A stretch of 24,000 nt of DNA, taken from sequence record MN788369.1; one strand, 5' to 3'. Source of the DNA: Dickeya phage Ds3CZ. The notes under the pieces are model-generated. The model worked only from the letters and a program-made list of their open reading frames with translations. It was not told the DNA's origin and did not search any database. Made by a program: the position numbers and the translations under genes. Below, piece after piece: positions 1 to 8,857 of the stretch (the stretch's first letter is position 1; each line of letters starts with the position of its first letter).

Positions 1-2757
1 ATGAAAATGCGCAAGTCCGAGCACTTCATCCGCTCGTCGTCTTCCATTCAAGGGCAGGCGTTCAACGTAAAGATGAACGACAAGATGTTTGAGACTCTGT
101 TCTCATCCTTGTATCGTTACAAAGAGGCAGCAGCCCTGCGTGAAACCACCTGTAACGCCATCGACTCCCATGGCATGCGCGATCGTATGCACCGTATGGT
201 AGCATCCCACTACGCACCTCTCACTCCCCCTCCTGCTCGCCACAGCAAATACCTTGCTCCGAAGGGCACACGTGTTGTTGTGCATCTGCCTGATGACTTC
301 GAGCCATGGTTGGAAATCCGTGATTACGGTATTGGCCTGCCGCTTGAAAAGATCATCGGCGAAGCCATCCCAGCTCAGGAAGACGAAGTGTTGTTGGAAG
401 GCAACATGGTCGTGAAGGAAGACGAGATTCCGGATTCCACCGAAGTTATTGGCGTCCCAGGATTCTACAATGGATCTCTGGTGTTCCGTCGTGAAGACGG
501 CGAGATCATCCGCTCACCTGGACTGTACACGACCCTCTTCCACAGTACGAAGGAAGAAGACGATGACCAGATCGGGGCGTTTGGCCTTGGCTCTAAATCA
601 CCGTTCGCTGTGTCCGATTCGTTCACTGTGGAAAGTCGCATGGAAGGCAAACTCCATCGCTTCCTGATGTATCTGAACGCCAAGCGCATCCCAACCGTTG
701 ACCTGATCACCAAAGACCTGGACACCCGCGATCCTAAACCTGAAGACACCGATGAGTTTAACGGCATGACGGTTAAGATCCCTGTGAAGAACGCTCGCTT
801 CTCTGCGTTCTCTGATGAACTGGTCCGCCTTGGTCGTGTCATGCGCCCTGAACAACGTCCGGTTGTTGAGAACGCTTCATACCGTTTCGGCTGGGAAGAC
901 ATCAGCTACGATTTCAAGGTCAACAACACGTACATCCAGCCGAAGGGCAACGACCACACCCACTACGCTGTGATGGGCGGCGTGTCGTACCCGATTGACC
1001 TGGATCAGCTGGACCCAGACACTTCCTCCATCATGAGCAAGTTTCCGTCGTCCTATACGTTCTTCGAACTCGGTTCCCTGAACGTACCACCGTCGCGTGA
1101 AGACCTGTCGTATGACGAATTTACGCGTGAGACGCTCTCTGAGGAGTTTAAAGAGACCGCCAATGCAATCTTGACCGAAAAGATGCACGACCTGGAGCTA
1201 GCGTGTAAGCGTGGTCCTCTTGCCCTGTATATGGAGAAGGCGAAACTGAGCGAAATGTTTGGCAGCGGGTTCCGTAAGATGGTTGAAAAGGAATACCCGG
1301 CGGACAAGCGCTTCCATGATTCATACTATCGTTACCCGATGCCTGTTGAGATGGAGCGTGATTATGACCATACCGCTCCGTTCAATGAACTGTCGTCGCC
1401 GTTCTCCCTGGAGATCTTCTATGACTGGGGTGAGTCCGGCGCTTTGACCATTTCAGAGATACAGAAATGGATCGAGCGCGGCCAGCATGTTACCGTGGTG
1501 ATAGAAGACAGCGTTCGTGCTCGTAACCTGAAGATCAAGCAGCTGAAGGACACGGGCACGATAGTTGTCGTGGCCAAGCCGAACACTTCTTATGTCTCCA
1601 AGCGCAACCAGTCCAAGGACAACCCTGCGTTCAAGAACGCCCAGGATCTTCATGACTTCTTTGAATCCTGGATTGGTAAGGAAGAAACGACGGTCGACTA
1701 TCTCTGCTTTGCCGACAAGTTCGTCGATTGGCTTAGTGCGGTGCTCGAGCCTGCTGAAGTCAAGTTTATGAACGAACTGACGTATGTCACGCCTCCGGTC
1801 ACCAAAGACCCTGGCCTGTTTCCGTTCACGACCAGCAACTTCGACATCCGCCAATATGAAGAACTGACGGGTGACCAGATATCTGATATTATCAACAAGG
1901 GCGAGCGCATCGTCTATATCGAAGTGTCTGGCCATGAGTGTATCCATCAGGTAATGGACAGGACATTGACGGCTGCGGCGGCGCGGGGTATTCGTAAATC
2001 TCTGTACGAGCACGCTGTCAGTGCGGACGATGAAGGCAAGCCAGTGTATATCAGCGACATGCTGAACATTCACAACAGGATCTTCTTGGCTCGCCGTAAA
2101 TCCGTGCCAATGATGAAGAAGTTCCCAGAGGTCTTCATCCCAATCGATGAAATACTGAAGATCATGCTGGAAAACGTGAAGCCTATGATGGAGCGCGATA
2201 GCGCCAGGCGCATACTGGAATCATATCGCCGTATGCGCCTTGGGGCGGACCGATTGAAATATGGGATCCATCTGGTTGAACAGGCGTTCGGCGTTGTTGA
2301 AGATGATCGTTATGGCAAATTGGTCAGCCGTTACAACAAGTTAATGAGAGTTGTGGACGACATCTTAGATGAGCAGACTGTGCGCCATTACCAAAGCCTG
2401 GCGAAAGTCCCAGTGTCGATCCATGATAAACGACGTTTTAGTCATTTCCAAGACACGATAAGTTCTCTTAACGTGAATTTGTACAGTAACGAGCGCAATG
2501 AAAAGATATTCCGCTCAGAGCATCAGATGATGCAGATCTTTGGATATGCTTCGGATGCCCTGCAGTCTCATGGGTTTACGCGGTTTGATATTGCACGCAC
2601 ACCGACGCGGAAAGCAAAGCGGGACAACCGATTGACCATCGAGCGGCACCGTGTTATCCGGTTCTTGAAAGAGAACTACAAACCAAGCGCCCTGAACCCG
2701 ATCGAAGAATCATCGGATTACTTGGACGTTATTTCAAATTCCATTGTCAGGGCATAA
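1..2757 (+). CDS. rIIA: rIIA-like protein (GHKL-type ATPase domain), 918 aa
   Basis: Long ORF. N-terminal ATPase-like motifs: 'LRETTCNAIDSHG' (E..NAxD box), 'LEIRDYGIGL' (DxGxG) and 'IGAFGLGSKSPFAVSDSF'. Followed immediately by an rIIB-like ORF, the T4-like arrangement. The ATG is at base 1 of the window, so the true start could be upstream. Confidence 0.85.
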   Translation: MKMRKSEHFIRSSSSIQGQAFNVKMNDKMFETLFSSLYRYKEAAALRETTCNAIDSHGMRDRMHRMVASHYAPLTPPPARHSKYLAPKGTRVVVHLPDDFEPWLEIRDYGIGLPLEKIIGEAIPAQEDEVLLEGNMVVKEDEIPDSTEVIGVPGFYNGSLVFRREDGEIIRSPGLYTTLFHSTKEEDDDQIGAFGLGSKSPFAVSDSFTVESRMEGKLHRFLMYLNAKRIPTVDLITKDLDTRDPKPEDTDEFNGMTVKIPVKNARFSAFSDELVRLGRVMRPEQRPVVENASYRFGWEDISYDFKVNNTYIQPKGNDHTHYAVMGGVSYPIDLDQLDPDTSSIMSKFPSSYTFFELGSLNVPPSREDLSYDEFTRETLSEEFKETANAILTEKMHDLELACKRGPLALYMEKAKLSEMFGSGFRKMVEKEYPADKRFHDSYYRYPMPVEMERDYDHTAPFNELSSPFSLEIFYDWGESGALTISEIQKWIERGQHVTVVIEDSVRARNLKIKQLKDTGTIVVVAKPNTSYVSKRNQSKDNPAFKNAQDLHDFFESWIGKEETTVDYLCFADKFVDWLSAVLEPAEVKFMNELTYVTPPVTKDPGLFPFTTSNFDIRQYEELTGDQISDIINKGERIVYIEVSGHECIHQVMDRTLTAAAARGIRKSLYEHAVSADDEGKPVYISDMLNIHNRIFLARRKSVPMMKKFPEVFIPIDEILKIMLENVKPMMERDSARRILESYRRMRLGADRLKYGIHLVEQAFGVVEDDRYGKLVSRYNKLMRVVDDILDEQTVRHYQSLAKVPVSIHDKRRFSHFQDTISSLNVNLYSNERNEKIFRSEHQMMQIFGYASDALQSHGFTRFDIARTPTRKAKRDNRLTIERHRVIRFLKENYKPSALNPIEESSDYLDVISNSIVRA

Positions 2758-2788
2758 TAGCCCTGTTGACCAACGTGGGAACTACAAG

Positions 2789-4351
2789 ATGAACAAGATT
2801 GATGAAAAGATCCTCAAGCATTTGAAGGAAGGCATGAGCCAGAGCGCAATTGCTGCTCTGCTGGGCATACCTCGCTCAACTGTGCAGCGTGTCGCAGACA
2901 CCGAACTGGGTGTCAACCCATTGTCGCTGAAGTCCCTGACCACTGAAGAAATTCAGCAGATTCAGGAAAAGAGCAAGGCTGGGCAGAGCAACCGCGCCCT
3001 GGCCGAGTTCTTTGCTGTAAGCGCCAAGACGATTGCCCGTGCCCTGTTGGTCCGCATTACCGAGGAGGGAAACAAGGTAACTGTGATCTCTCCTATCAAG
3101 CCGGAAGAGCAGGAAGTCTTCGAAGTCCAACCGGGCGGCACAGCCAAAGACGTTGATGGCTCAGAATGGTATGTGGGGGCATATCTGCCGAACCACAACA
3201 AGTACCTGTGTCTCACTAACGACGGCAATTTCACAGGGGCTTTCTTTGAAAAGTCCGAACTGACCCCTGTGGAAGGGAACAGTCAAGCTTTCGGTGTTGA
3301 AGCTATCGGCAAGATGGCAGAAATCGCTGTGGCGCTGTCGGAAGGTGCGGACAAAGTTCCGGACAACGTTGAAATCAGCGTTGTTGTAGATGGGGAAACC
3401 TATCCTATCCGTGGATCCCTGGATGCCCGTCGTCGCGTCGGTTACTTTGATGCTATCCTTGGTCGCACCCTGCGTCTGGCTCTGTCTTCTGTGGAATTCG
3501 CTGTCGTTACCAAAGAAGTTGAAGAAGTGGCTGACGACAAGAAGACCAAGCAAGACTTCGGCGCGAAAGACCTGGACGTGTTCCTGAACGAACACCAGAT
3601 CCTGATTCTGCCCGACAGCGTTGTTATCGCGATTAACGGCAAGCCGGAAACGATCACCACTTCACACCCGGCCTATGACCGCATCGTACAGGCGATCAAA
3701 GACAAAGACGTGAAGCTGGCATACTCGCTGATGCGCCCTCGTGATGCCATCGCTAAGTACGCTGAAGGTCTGGTAGACGTAACGGGTGGTAAAGTGAAGT
3801 GGTCTGGCCATGACATCACTGGCACCAGTATCGCCAAGCGTGTTCTGGCACTGATGCTGAAGGGTGATTTCACTAACCTGGATCGCATGGGCAAGTTCAT
3901 GGACAAGATGTTCCAGAACCCATCAGCTGCTCTGGTTCAGTCTGGTCGCATCTACGAGTTCATGGCATACTCCGACATTGAGATTGACGAAGATGGTGAC
4001 ATCATCCTCTACAAATCAGTGCGCGGGAACTACATGGACAAGCACAGCAACATGATCAGCAACGCTCCTGGCACTATCGTACGTATGGCTCGCTCATTCG
4101 TGAACGACAACAACGCCACGCTGTGTTCCTACGGTCTGCACGTGTGCTCCCTGGCATACCTGAAGCAGTGCTTCGGCTCTGTTGGCCAGCGCGTCGTCCG
4201 TTGTAAGCTGAACCCGAAAGACATCGTGTCTATCACCAACGATTACGGCGCGAGCAAAATCCGCTGCTGTGAATACCTGGTGTTGGATGACTACACCGCC
4301 GAGTACAATCGCCAGCACAAGTCGATTGATGTGACTGGTCTGTACAAGTAA
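2789..4351 (+). CDS. rIIB: rIIB-like protein with N-terminal helix-turn-helix
   Basis: Track ORF 2744-4351. The natural ATG is at 2789 (MNKIDEKILKHLKEGMSQSAIAALLGIPRSTVQRVADTELG). Position is directly after rIIA; a strong hairpin follows the stop. Confidence 0.85.
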   Translation: MNKIDEKILKHLKEGMSQSAIAALLGIPRSTVQRVADTELGVNPLSLKSLTTEEIQQIQEKSKAGQSNRALAEFFAVSAKTIARALLVRITEEGNKVTVISPIKPEEQEVFEVQPGGTAKDVDGSEWYVGAYLPNHNKYLCLTNDGNFTGAFFEKSELTPVEGNSQAFGVEAIGKMAEIAVALSEGADKVPDNVEISVVVDGETYPIRGSLDARRRVGYFDAILGRTLRLALSSVEFAVVTKEVEEVADDKKTKQDFGAKDLDVFLNEHQILILPDSVVIAINGKPETITTSHPAYDRIVQAIKDKDVKLAYSLMRPRDAIAKYAEGLVDVTGGKVKWSGHDITGTSIAKRVLALMLKGDFTNLDRMGKFMDKMFQNPSAALVQSGRIYEFMAYSDIEIDEDGDIILYKSVRGNYMDKHSNMISNAPGTIVRMARSFVNDNNATLCSYGLHVCSLAYLKQCFGSVGQRVVRCKLNPKDIVSITNDYGASKIRCCEYLVLDDYTAEYNRQHKSIDVTGLYK

Positions 4352-4367
4352 CCCAAACCCATCCACC

Positions 4368-4393
4368 AAGGAGGCTTCGGCCTCCTTTCTTTT
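4368..4393 (+). terminator. Rho-independent terminator after rIIB
   Basis: AAGGAGGC-TTCG-GCCTCCTT (8-bp perfect stem, cUUCGg tetraloop), then TCTTTT. Confidence 0.85.
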
Positions 4394-4402
4394 GAGGTCG
4401 AT

Positions 4403-4708
4403 ATGTTAACCAACGACGTCTACTTCAAATACGCAAGGCAGACATACGGCTCGCACCGCGTGACAGACAAGTTCCTGATTGACTCCTTTCAGTTCGAAGG
4501 CGAGACCAGGGAATACTCCCACAAGAACTTCCCTCCTCCCGAAGTGCACGGCGATCAGTTCGTGAAATTGTTCTGTCGCTGTGGTGGGTGTGATTTCACG
4601 GATGATGGTTATGCGATGCACGTGTACTGCTGCAATTGCTGTGGTAAATACGTAACAGTCTATAGGAGAACCGAACATGGCCAAGAAACCCGAAATCAAG
4701 AAAGTTGA
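4403..4708 (+). CDS. Hypothetical protein with Cys-rich, zinc-ribbon-like C-terminus
   Basis: ATG preceded by TGAGG. 'LFCRCGGCDFTDDGYAMHVYCCNCCGKYVTVY' contains paired CxxC motifs. Confidence 0.65.
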   Translation: MLTNDVYFKYARQTYGSHRVTDKFLIDSFQFEGETREYSHKNFPPPEVHGDQFVKLFCRCGGCDFTDDGYAMHVYCCNCCGKYVTVYRRTEHGQETRNQES

Positions 4709-5102
4709 AACCCCAGCCCCAGCCCCTGTTGATGTTATCCAGGCGAAGGAAGAAGGTGTGCTGCCTTCCTACCTCCAACGTGCTGTTGACAACATGCCCG
4801 TAGGGGGAGACAACGGCGTCGTCTACGCTGGTGGGTATGGTTGGGTGTGCGAATACCAAGATGGCACCAAAGAACTCCTCCAGGAGCTTCCAGGGCTGGC
4901 GGGTACGCTCAAGCGCTACGGGCGTGACAAGTATGGCAAGCCGTTTGAGAAGGGTGCTGTCATCTCCACCAACATCACAGTAGAGACTCTGAACCTACTG
5001 GGCGTGGATGATCTGAAGCTACTGGCCGCGCCGTTGGGCATCACAGTCGAAGACCGCATCACGCTGATTGCGCAACTCATCGAAAAATTACAGATTAAGT
5101 AA
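4677..5102 (+). CDS. Hypothetical protein, 141 aa
   Basis: ATG preceded by TAGGAG about 8 nt upstream. Overlaps the previous ORF's 3' end. Low-complexity Pro/Ala N-terminus. Confidence 0.7.
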   Translation: MAKKPEIKKVETPAPAPVDVIQAKEEGVLPSYLQRAVDNMPVGGDNGVVYAGGYGWVCEYQDGTKELLQELPGLAGTLKRYGRDKYGKPFEKGAVISTNITVETLNLLGVDDLKLLAAPLGITVEDRITLIAQLIEKLQIK

Positions 5103-5132
5103 AGCAGTGTACAACAGCTGAACTTATTCTAT

Positions 5133-5525
5133 ATGGTTATCGTTGACGAAAGCAATCTGATGGATTACGCCCTGAGGCATTACATCGTTGATTCGGTCTC
5201 TTGGGACGAGATGCTGGTAGACATACAGCGGATTTCGCTAATTAACCAATCATTGAAGAGATTTGTTCCTGGTAAGAGTCCACGGCTCATTTTGAATCAG
5301 CTGATCACTCTCTTCAATACGTTCGAAGCAGAAGCAGTCTGTCGTATGCTTGTGTTGAAGACGGATAGGTCTCAGATGCCACGCCTCAAGGCTGCTTTGT
5401 TGACGATAGGCGTATGGCGTGATGATTTATGTTCCGGTTCGTATGAACCAGATAACGAGCTGATGATGGCTCTGAACAACGATTTGGGCGAGTGGAGGAA
5501 ACCATGCCAACAATCACTGTATTAG
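5133..5525 (+). CDS. Hypothetical phage protein, 130 aa
   Basis: Open frame (MVIVDESNLMDYALRHYIV...LNQLITLFNTFEAEAVCRMLVLK) in a co-directional cluster. Product not assigned. Confidence 0.65.
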   Translation: MVIVDESNLMDYALRHYIVDSVSWDEMLVDIQRISLINQSLKRFVPGKSPRLILNQLITLFNTFEAEAVCRMLVLKTDRSQMPRLKAALLTIGVWRDDLCSGSYEPDNELMMALNNDLGEWRKPCQQSLY

Positions 5526-6313
5526 TAGCACCGGAAGTTGTTCGCAACAAACCGGAAACCGAGCGTCTGCACACTGTCACAGGCACTGCTCTGGGTTGGG
5601 AAAAGACCAGTCTTAACCAAGACCCAGACGAGATCCTGACTGAGTGTAAAGGTCTGGATGCACTGCTGACCCAGAGTAATCTGCAGGCGGACGGTGTGAC
5701 CAAAGTTGATCCAACCAAGCCTATCGGCTTTGAGATCACCTACGAAATCCACGACCCAAGCGCTGTGCTGACAACTGGTCTGGCCATCACCCCTGCAACT
5801 GCAGGCGGCGAAGTCGGTCAGGTTGTTGAACTGCTGGCGACCGTCGCTCCGGCGAACGCGACCTATCAGGGCGTCAACTGGTACTCGGGTGACATTACCA
5901 AAGCCGTTCACATTGGCGGTGGCAAATTCAAGCTGCTGGCATCGGGTTCAGTGACCGTCTATGGTGTAACCATCGAAGGTGGTCACACTGACTCCACGGT
6001 CATCACAGTAGCGGGTGCGCTGGCTCTGTCTACTGATCTGGCCGCTTCTCAGGACGTGACAGCAGGCGCTGACGCAACCTTCACCATCGCTGCTACAGGC
6101 GGCACCACACCGTACACGTATGCTTGGTACTTCTCTGATGTCCCTGGCGGCGCTGGTGCGGTGATTGATGCAGGCGCTAATGCCACTGCAGCTACCGCAA
6201 GCCTGGTTATCACGGCAGTTGATGCCGCAGATGAGGGTGAGTACTGGTGTGTTGTTGAAGACGCCGACGGCCACTCTGTGACATCTGCTCGTTGCGAAAT
6301 GGCTGTGGTCTAA
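5504..6313 (+). CDS. Ig-like/Big-like domain phage protein, possible capsid decoration or other structural protein
   Basis: Track ORF begins at GTG 5492, but ATG 5504 has GGAGG just upstream. Big-like segment (LTTGLAITPATAGGEVGQVVELLATVAPANATYQGVNWYSGD) followed by an Ig-like segment (ATFTIAATGGTTPYTYAWYFSD...LVITAVDAADEGEYWCVVEDADGHSVTSARCEM). Confidence 0.75.
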   Translation: MPTITVLVAPEVVRNKPETERLHTVTGTALGWEKTSLNQDPDEILTECKGLDALLTQSNLQADGVTKVDPTKPIGFEITYEIHDPSAVLTTGLAITPATAGGEVGQVVELLATVAPANATYQGVNWYSGDITKAVHIGGGKFKLLASGSVTVYGVTIEGGHTDSTVITVAGALALSTDLAASQDVTAGADATFTIAATGGTTPYTYAWYFSDVPGGAGAVIDAGANATAATASLVITAVDAADEGEYWCVVEDADGHSVTSARCEMAVV

Positions 6314-6315
6314 TC

Positions 6316-6549
6316 ATGAAGGGCTTCCAGGACTTCCTTGAGGATGGCTCGGCAGCGCCTGGAACCACTACCGCCGATGTGGGGAAACCCGAAGGCGGTA
6401 TGGTGAAAGAGCCTGTGAAGAAGCCCAAGGATCTTGAGGAAGAACAAGAGCAGACCCCCTTCCAAAAGATCTTTGGTAATATCTTCAAAGACCTGGGCCT
6501 GAAGAATGCACGAAAGTGGAACTTCAGGACAGGGAAATACGAAGACTAA
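6316..6549 (+). CDS. Hypothetical protein, 77 aa
   Basis: In-frame ATG at 6316, 2 nt after the upstream stop. Followed directly by a hairpin terminator. Confidence 0.6.
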   Translation: MKGFQDFLEDGSAAPGTTTADVGKPEGGMVKEPVKKPKDLEEEQEQTPFQKIFGNIFKDLGLKNARKWNFRTGKYED

Positions 6550-6571
6550 AAGAGGCTCCGGCCTCTTTTTC
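6548..6571 (+). terminator. Rho-independent terminator
   Basis: AAAAGAGGC-TCCG-GCCTCTTTT, about 9-bp perfect stem with U-tract, overlapping the end of the 6316-6549 ORF. Confidence 0.85.
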
Positions 6572-6588
6572 ATTTCCAGCATACGGTG

Positions 6589-6594
6589 TATAAT
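6589..6594 (+). promoter_or_regulatory. Candidate sigma70-like -10 element (coordinates approximate, +/-1)
   Basis: GGTGTATAATGG lies between terminator 6548-6571 and the ORF starting at 6638. The -35 (TTTTCA-like) is weak. Confidence 0.4.
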
Positions 6595-6637
6595 GGACCC
6601 GTTCCCCATGAGCGGAACCTAACTGAGGATACACCAA

Positions 6638-7096
6638 ATGCAATCCATGATCAAACGTAAAGTAGAAGTCTCTCTGAACGCCCACGTCGATATTATCCAG
6701 CAACTTGTTCTGGACGCATATGAGATCCAAAAGGATCGCATGTCTAGGGGTGTGATAGACCCCACTTGCACAGGAAACATTTTGTATTATCGCATGATTC
6801 GACAGACTGGTCACACTGCAGCGCTGAAGAAGATTCTGTCCTATGATTTCCAGACAGAGAACAACCTCAACATCATGGGCGTCTTCCACAGCGTTCGTGA
6901 ACGAGATTCTTTCTTCCACTCACGCGCAGGCGCGGATGTACCATCGCCCGATGTGGACAAGAAACAGCACACGACAACCACTTCCCATTTCATGGGCACG
7001 GGTATCGATAAAGCCAACATCATCGTGTTCTCTGATACACTTCATGATCCGAAACGCTTGGCCGCCGCCCATGAAATGTTGCCCACCATCCAGTGA
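6638..7096 (+). CDS. Hypothetical protein, 152 aa
   Basis: ATG at 6638 in an otherwise co-directional, tightly packed cluster. CTGAGGA lies 12-18 nt upstream. Confidence 0.6.
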   Translation: MQSMIKRKVEVSLNAHVDIIQQLVLDAYEIQKDRMSRGVIDPTCTGNILYYRMIRQTGHTAALKKILSYDFQTENNLNIMGVFHSVRERDSFFHSRAGADVPSPDVDKKQHTTTTSHFMGTGIDKANIIVFSDTLHDPKRLAAAHEMLPTIQ

Positions 7097-7452
7097 CTAC
7101 CTATGACCATGGCGTGTTTAACTCCATGGAGGGCTATTGGTATTGGCTGAAGTACAGGGATGACAACCTGCGCCTGCTCGATGGTTATGAGGCCAAGCAA
7201 TATGGACAGGGATTGGCGGCCTCCCGCATTGTCATCCTTGACCCATCATCCGAAGAATTCAAGCGCGATATCCTATTCGCGACCAGCATGAAACTCCAGA
7301 CCATGCCCGACTTGCTGAAGCTCAGGTTGGCATACAGCCGCCTGCCCCTGATCCATGCATATGTTCGGAACGGGAAATATAGTTTTCAAAACTCTATGGA
7401 CTATATCATTGCCCACATTAATCGTCTCCGCATACAAGGAACTCTGAAATGA
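7093..7452 (+). CDS. Hypothetical protein, 119 aa (GTG start overlapping previous stop, or ATG 7123)
   Basis: GTGA stop/start overlap with the upstream ORF, and 4-nt overlap with the downstream ORF. Confidence 0.55.
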   Translation: MTTYDHGVFNSMEGYWYWLKYRDDNLRLLDGYEAKQYGQGLAASRIVILDPSSEEFKRDILFATSMKLQTMPDLLKLRLAYSRLPLIHAYVRNGKYSFQNSMDYIIAHINRLRIQGTLK

Positions 7453-8030
7453 AATTTATACACACTATCGTCGGCACTTCCTATGATAGCACCGCGCACG
7501 AGCCAAATCGCTCGCCTGTGTTTGTTCTGAACAAACTGGGTGAAGAGATCTGTGAACTGTCTGATGTGTTTCACGGCATAGCCTCTTCTGAACCGTTGAA
7601 TGGTGAAGTTGCTGACGTCATTATCTCTGCCATTGACCTTCTGTACGTCATGGATTTCACAGACCAGCAGCTGCACGGTTGCATGACCAAAGAAGAGTTG
7701 ATTGACTCGGTGCAGACGCGTTTGGGGATGCACAGCAATTGTTCCCCCGAATATCTTGAAGAAGATTGGTTCCGACTGATTGACCGTGAACCACAGAAGC
7801 ATCTGAACCTCATTCACCATTACCATGGCCGGATCATCCGATTGTGTAATCAGCCTTATCGCAGTGAAGACGTTCTGGAACGACTTGTTGCTCAGCTGAT
7901 TACACAAGTCGCACGCATGGCGTGTGGGGAAGGGGCGCTGCATGGGAATTGCACGATGGCCACTCGGATTAAAGTGGAGCAAGCATTTAACCACAAAGTT
8001 GAAAAGTGGCGCACTAAATTTGGCTTATGA
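7449..8030 (+). CDS. Hypothetical protein, 193 aa
   Basis: ATGA overlap with the previous ORF. Stop overlaps the HNH endonuclease start. Confidence 0.65.
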   Translation: MKFIHTIVGTSYDSTAHEPNRSPVFVLNKLGEEICELSDVFHGIASSEPLNGEVADVIISAIDLLYVMDFTDQQLHGCMTKEELIDSVQTRLGMHSNCSPEYLEEDWFRLIDREPQKHLNLIHHYHGRIIRLCNQPYRSEDVLERLVAQLITQVARMACGEGALHGNCTMATRIKVEQAFNHKVEKWRTKFGL

Positions 8031-8857
8031 AATACGAAATCATCTTAGACGCTCTCATACAGAGAGCAATACAGAGAGGTAAAATGGGTGGCGTTTATCA
8101 AGAACGCCACCATATAATCCCTGTGTGCTTGGGTGGCACTAACCACTTCTCTAATCTTGTATGGTTGACACCAGAAGAACATTATGTCGTACATCACCTA
8201 CTTTGGAGAACAAAACCACTCAACCCCGGTATCAGGAAGGCATGGACTGGGATGAACAACATGTCTAGGAACAACAAAGAGTTTGGGGAATTCAGGAGAA
8301 ATAATTCCACCAGAATGAAAGAAGTGATGTCATCTGATGAACAAAAGGAACGTTGTCGTAAGCAATCCAAGAAAAACTCATTGAACCCAGAAGTACAGAA
8401 GAAACGTGCGGGTAGCTTGAGAGGTTACACTTGGGATGACGAATCAAGGCGCAGGTTGTCAAAATCCAGGAAAGGAATACCACACTCCAAAGCACACAAA
8501 GCCAACCTTACCAAATCAGTCACCGAACGGATGAGGCGACCAGAAGAAAGGGAGAGGTATTCTGCTATGTGGCGCCAGAACAATCCCATGAATAACATAC
8601 AACCTTGGGAACACCCGACTGTTGTAAAGACGGGTAAATCCCGACAATGGCTCCTGGCTGGTGAATTCTTTGAATGGTGGTGTAGTAACGGTGAAGACAA
8701 AGTGAAGAACCGTTATTGTTTAATGTTGAAAGAAACCGGGTTAAGCTCTGTGTGTTCTAAGGCCACAGCTCAAACTTGTATATCTAAATTTCAGAAAGGT
8801 TGGATACCAAAAGAAGATCCCGCCTGGTTGAAATTTTACGGAGATAATAATGGTTGA
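8027..8857 (+). CDS. HNH homing endonuclease, putative
   Basis: 'YQERHHIIPVCLGGTNHFSNLVWLTPEEHYVVHHLL' is an H-N-H signature. 'GYTWDDESRRRLSKSRKGIPHSKAHKANLTKS' resembles NUMOD3-type DNA-binding motifs. ATGA overlap with the upstream ORF. Confidence 0.85.
   Translation: MKYEIILDALIQRAIQRGKMGGVYQERHHIIPVCLGGTNHFSNLVWLTPEEHYVVHHLLWRTKPLNPGIRKAWTGMNNMSRNNKEFGEFRRNNSTRMKEVMSSDEQKERCRKQSKKNSLNPEVQKKRAGSLRGYTWDDESRRRLSKSRKGIPHSKAHKANLTKSVTERMRRPEERERYSAMWRQNNPMNNIQPWEHPTVVKTGKSRQWLLAGEFFEWWCSNGEDKVKNRYCLMLKETGLSSVCSKATAQTCISKFQKGWIPKEDPAWLKFYGDNNG

Noticed and set aside
1453-2073. 206-aa minus-strand ORF inside rIIA
   Set aside because: Antisense shadow of a well-supported coding gene; no recognisable motif and no operon context.
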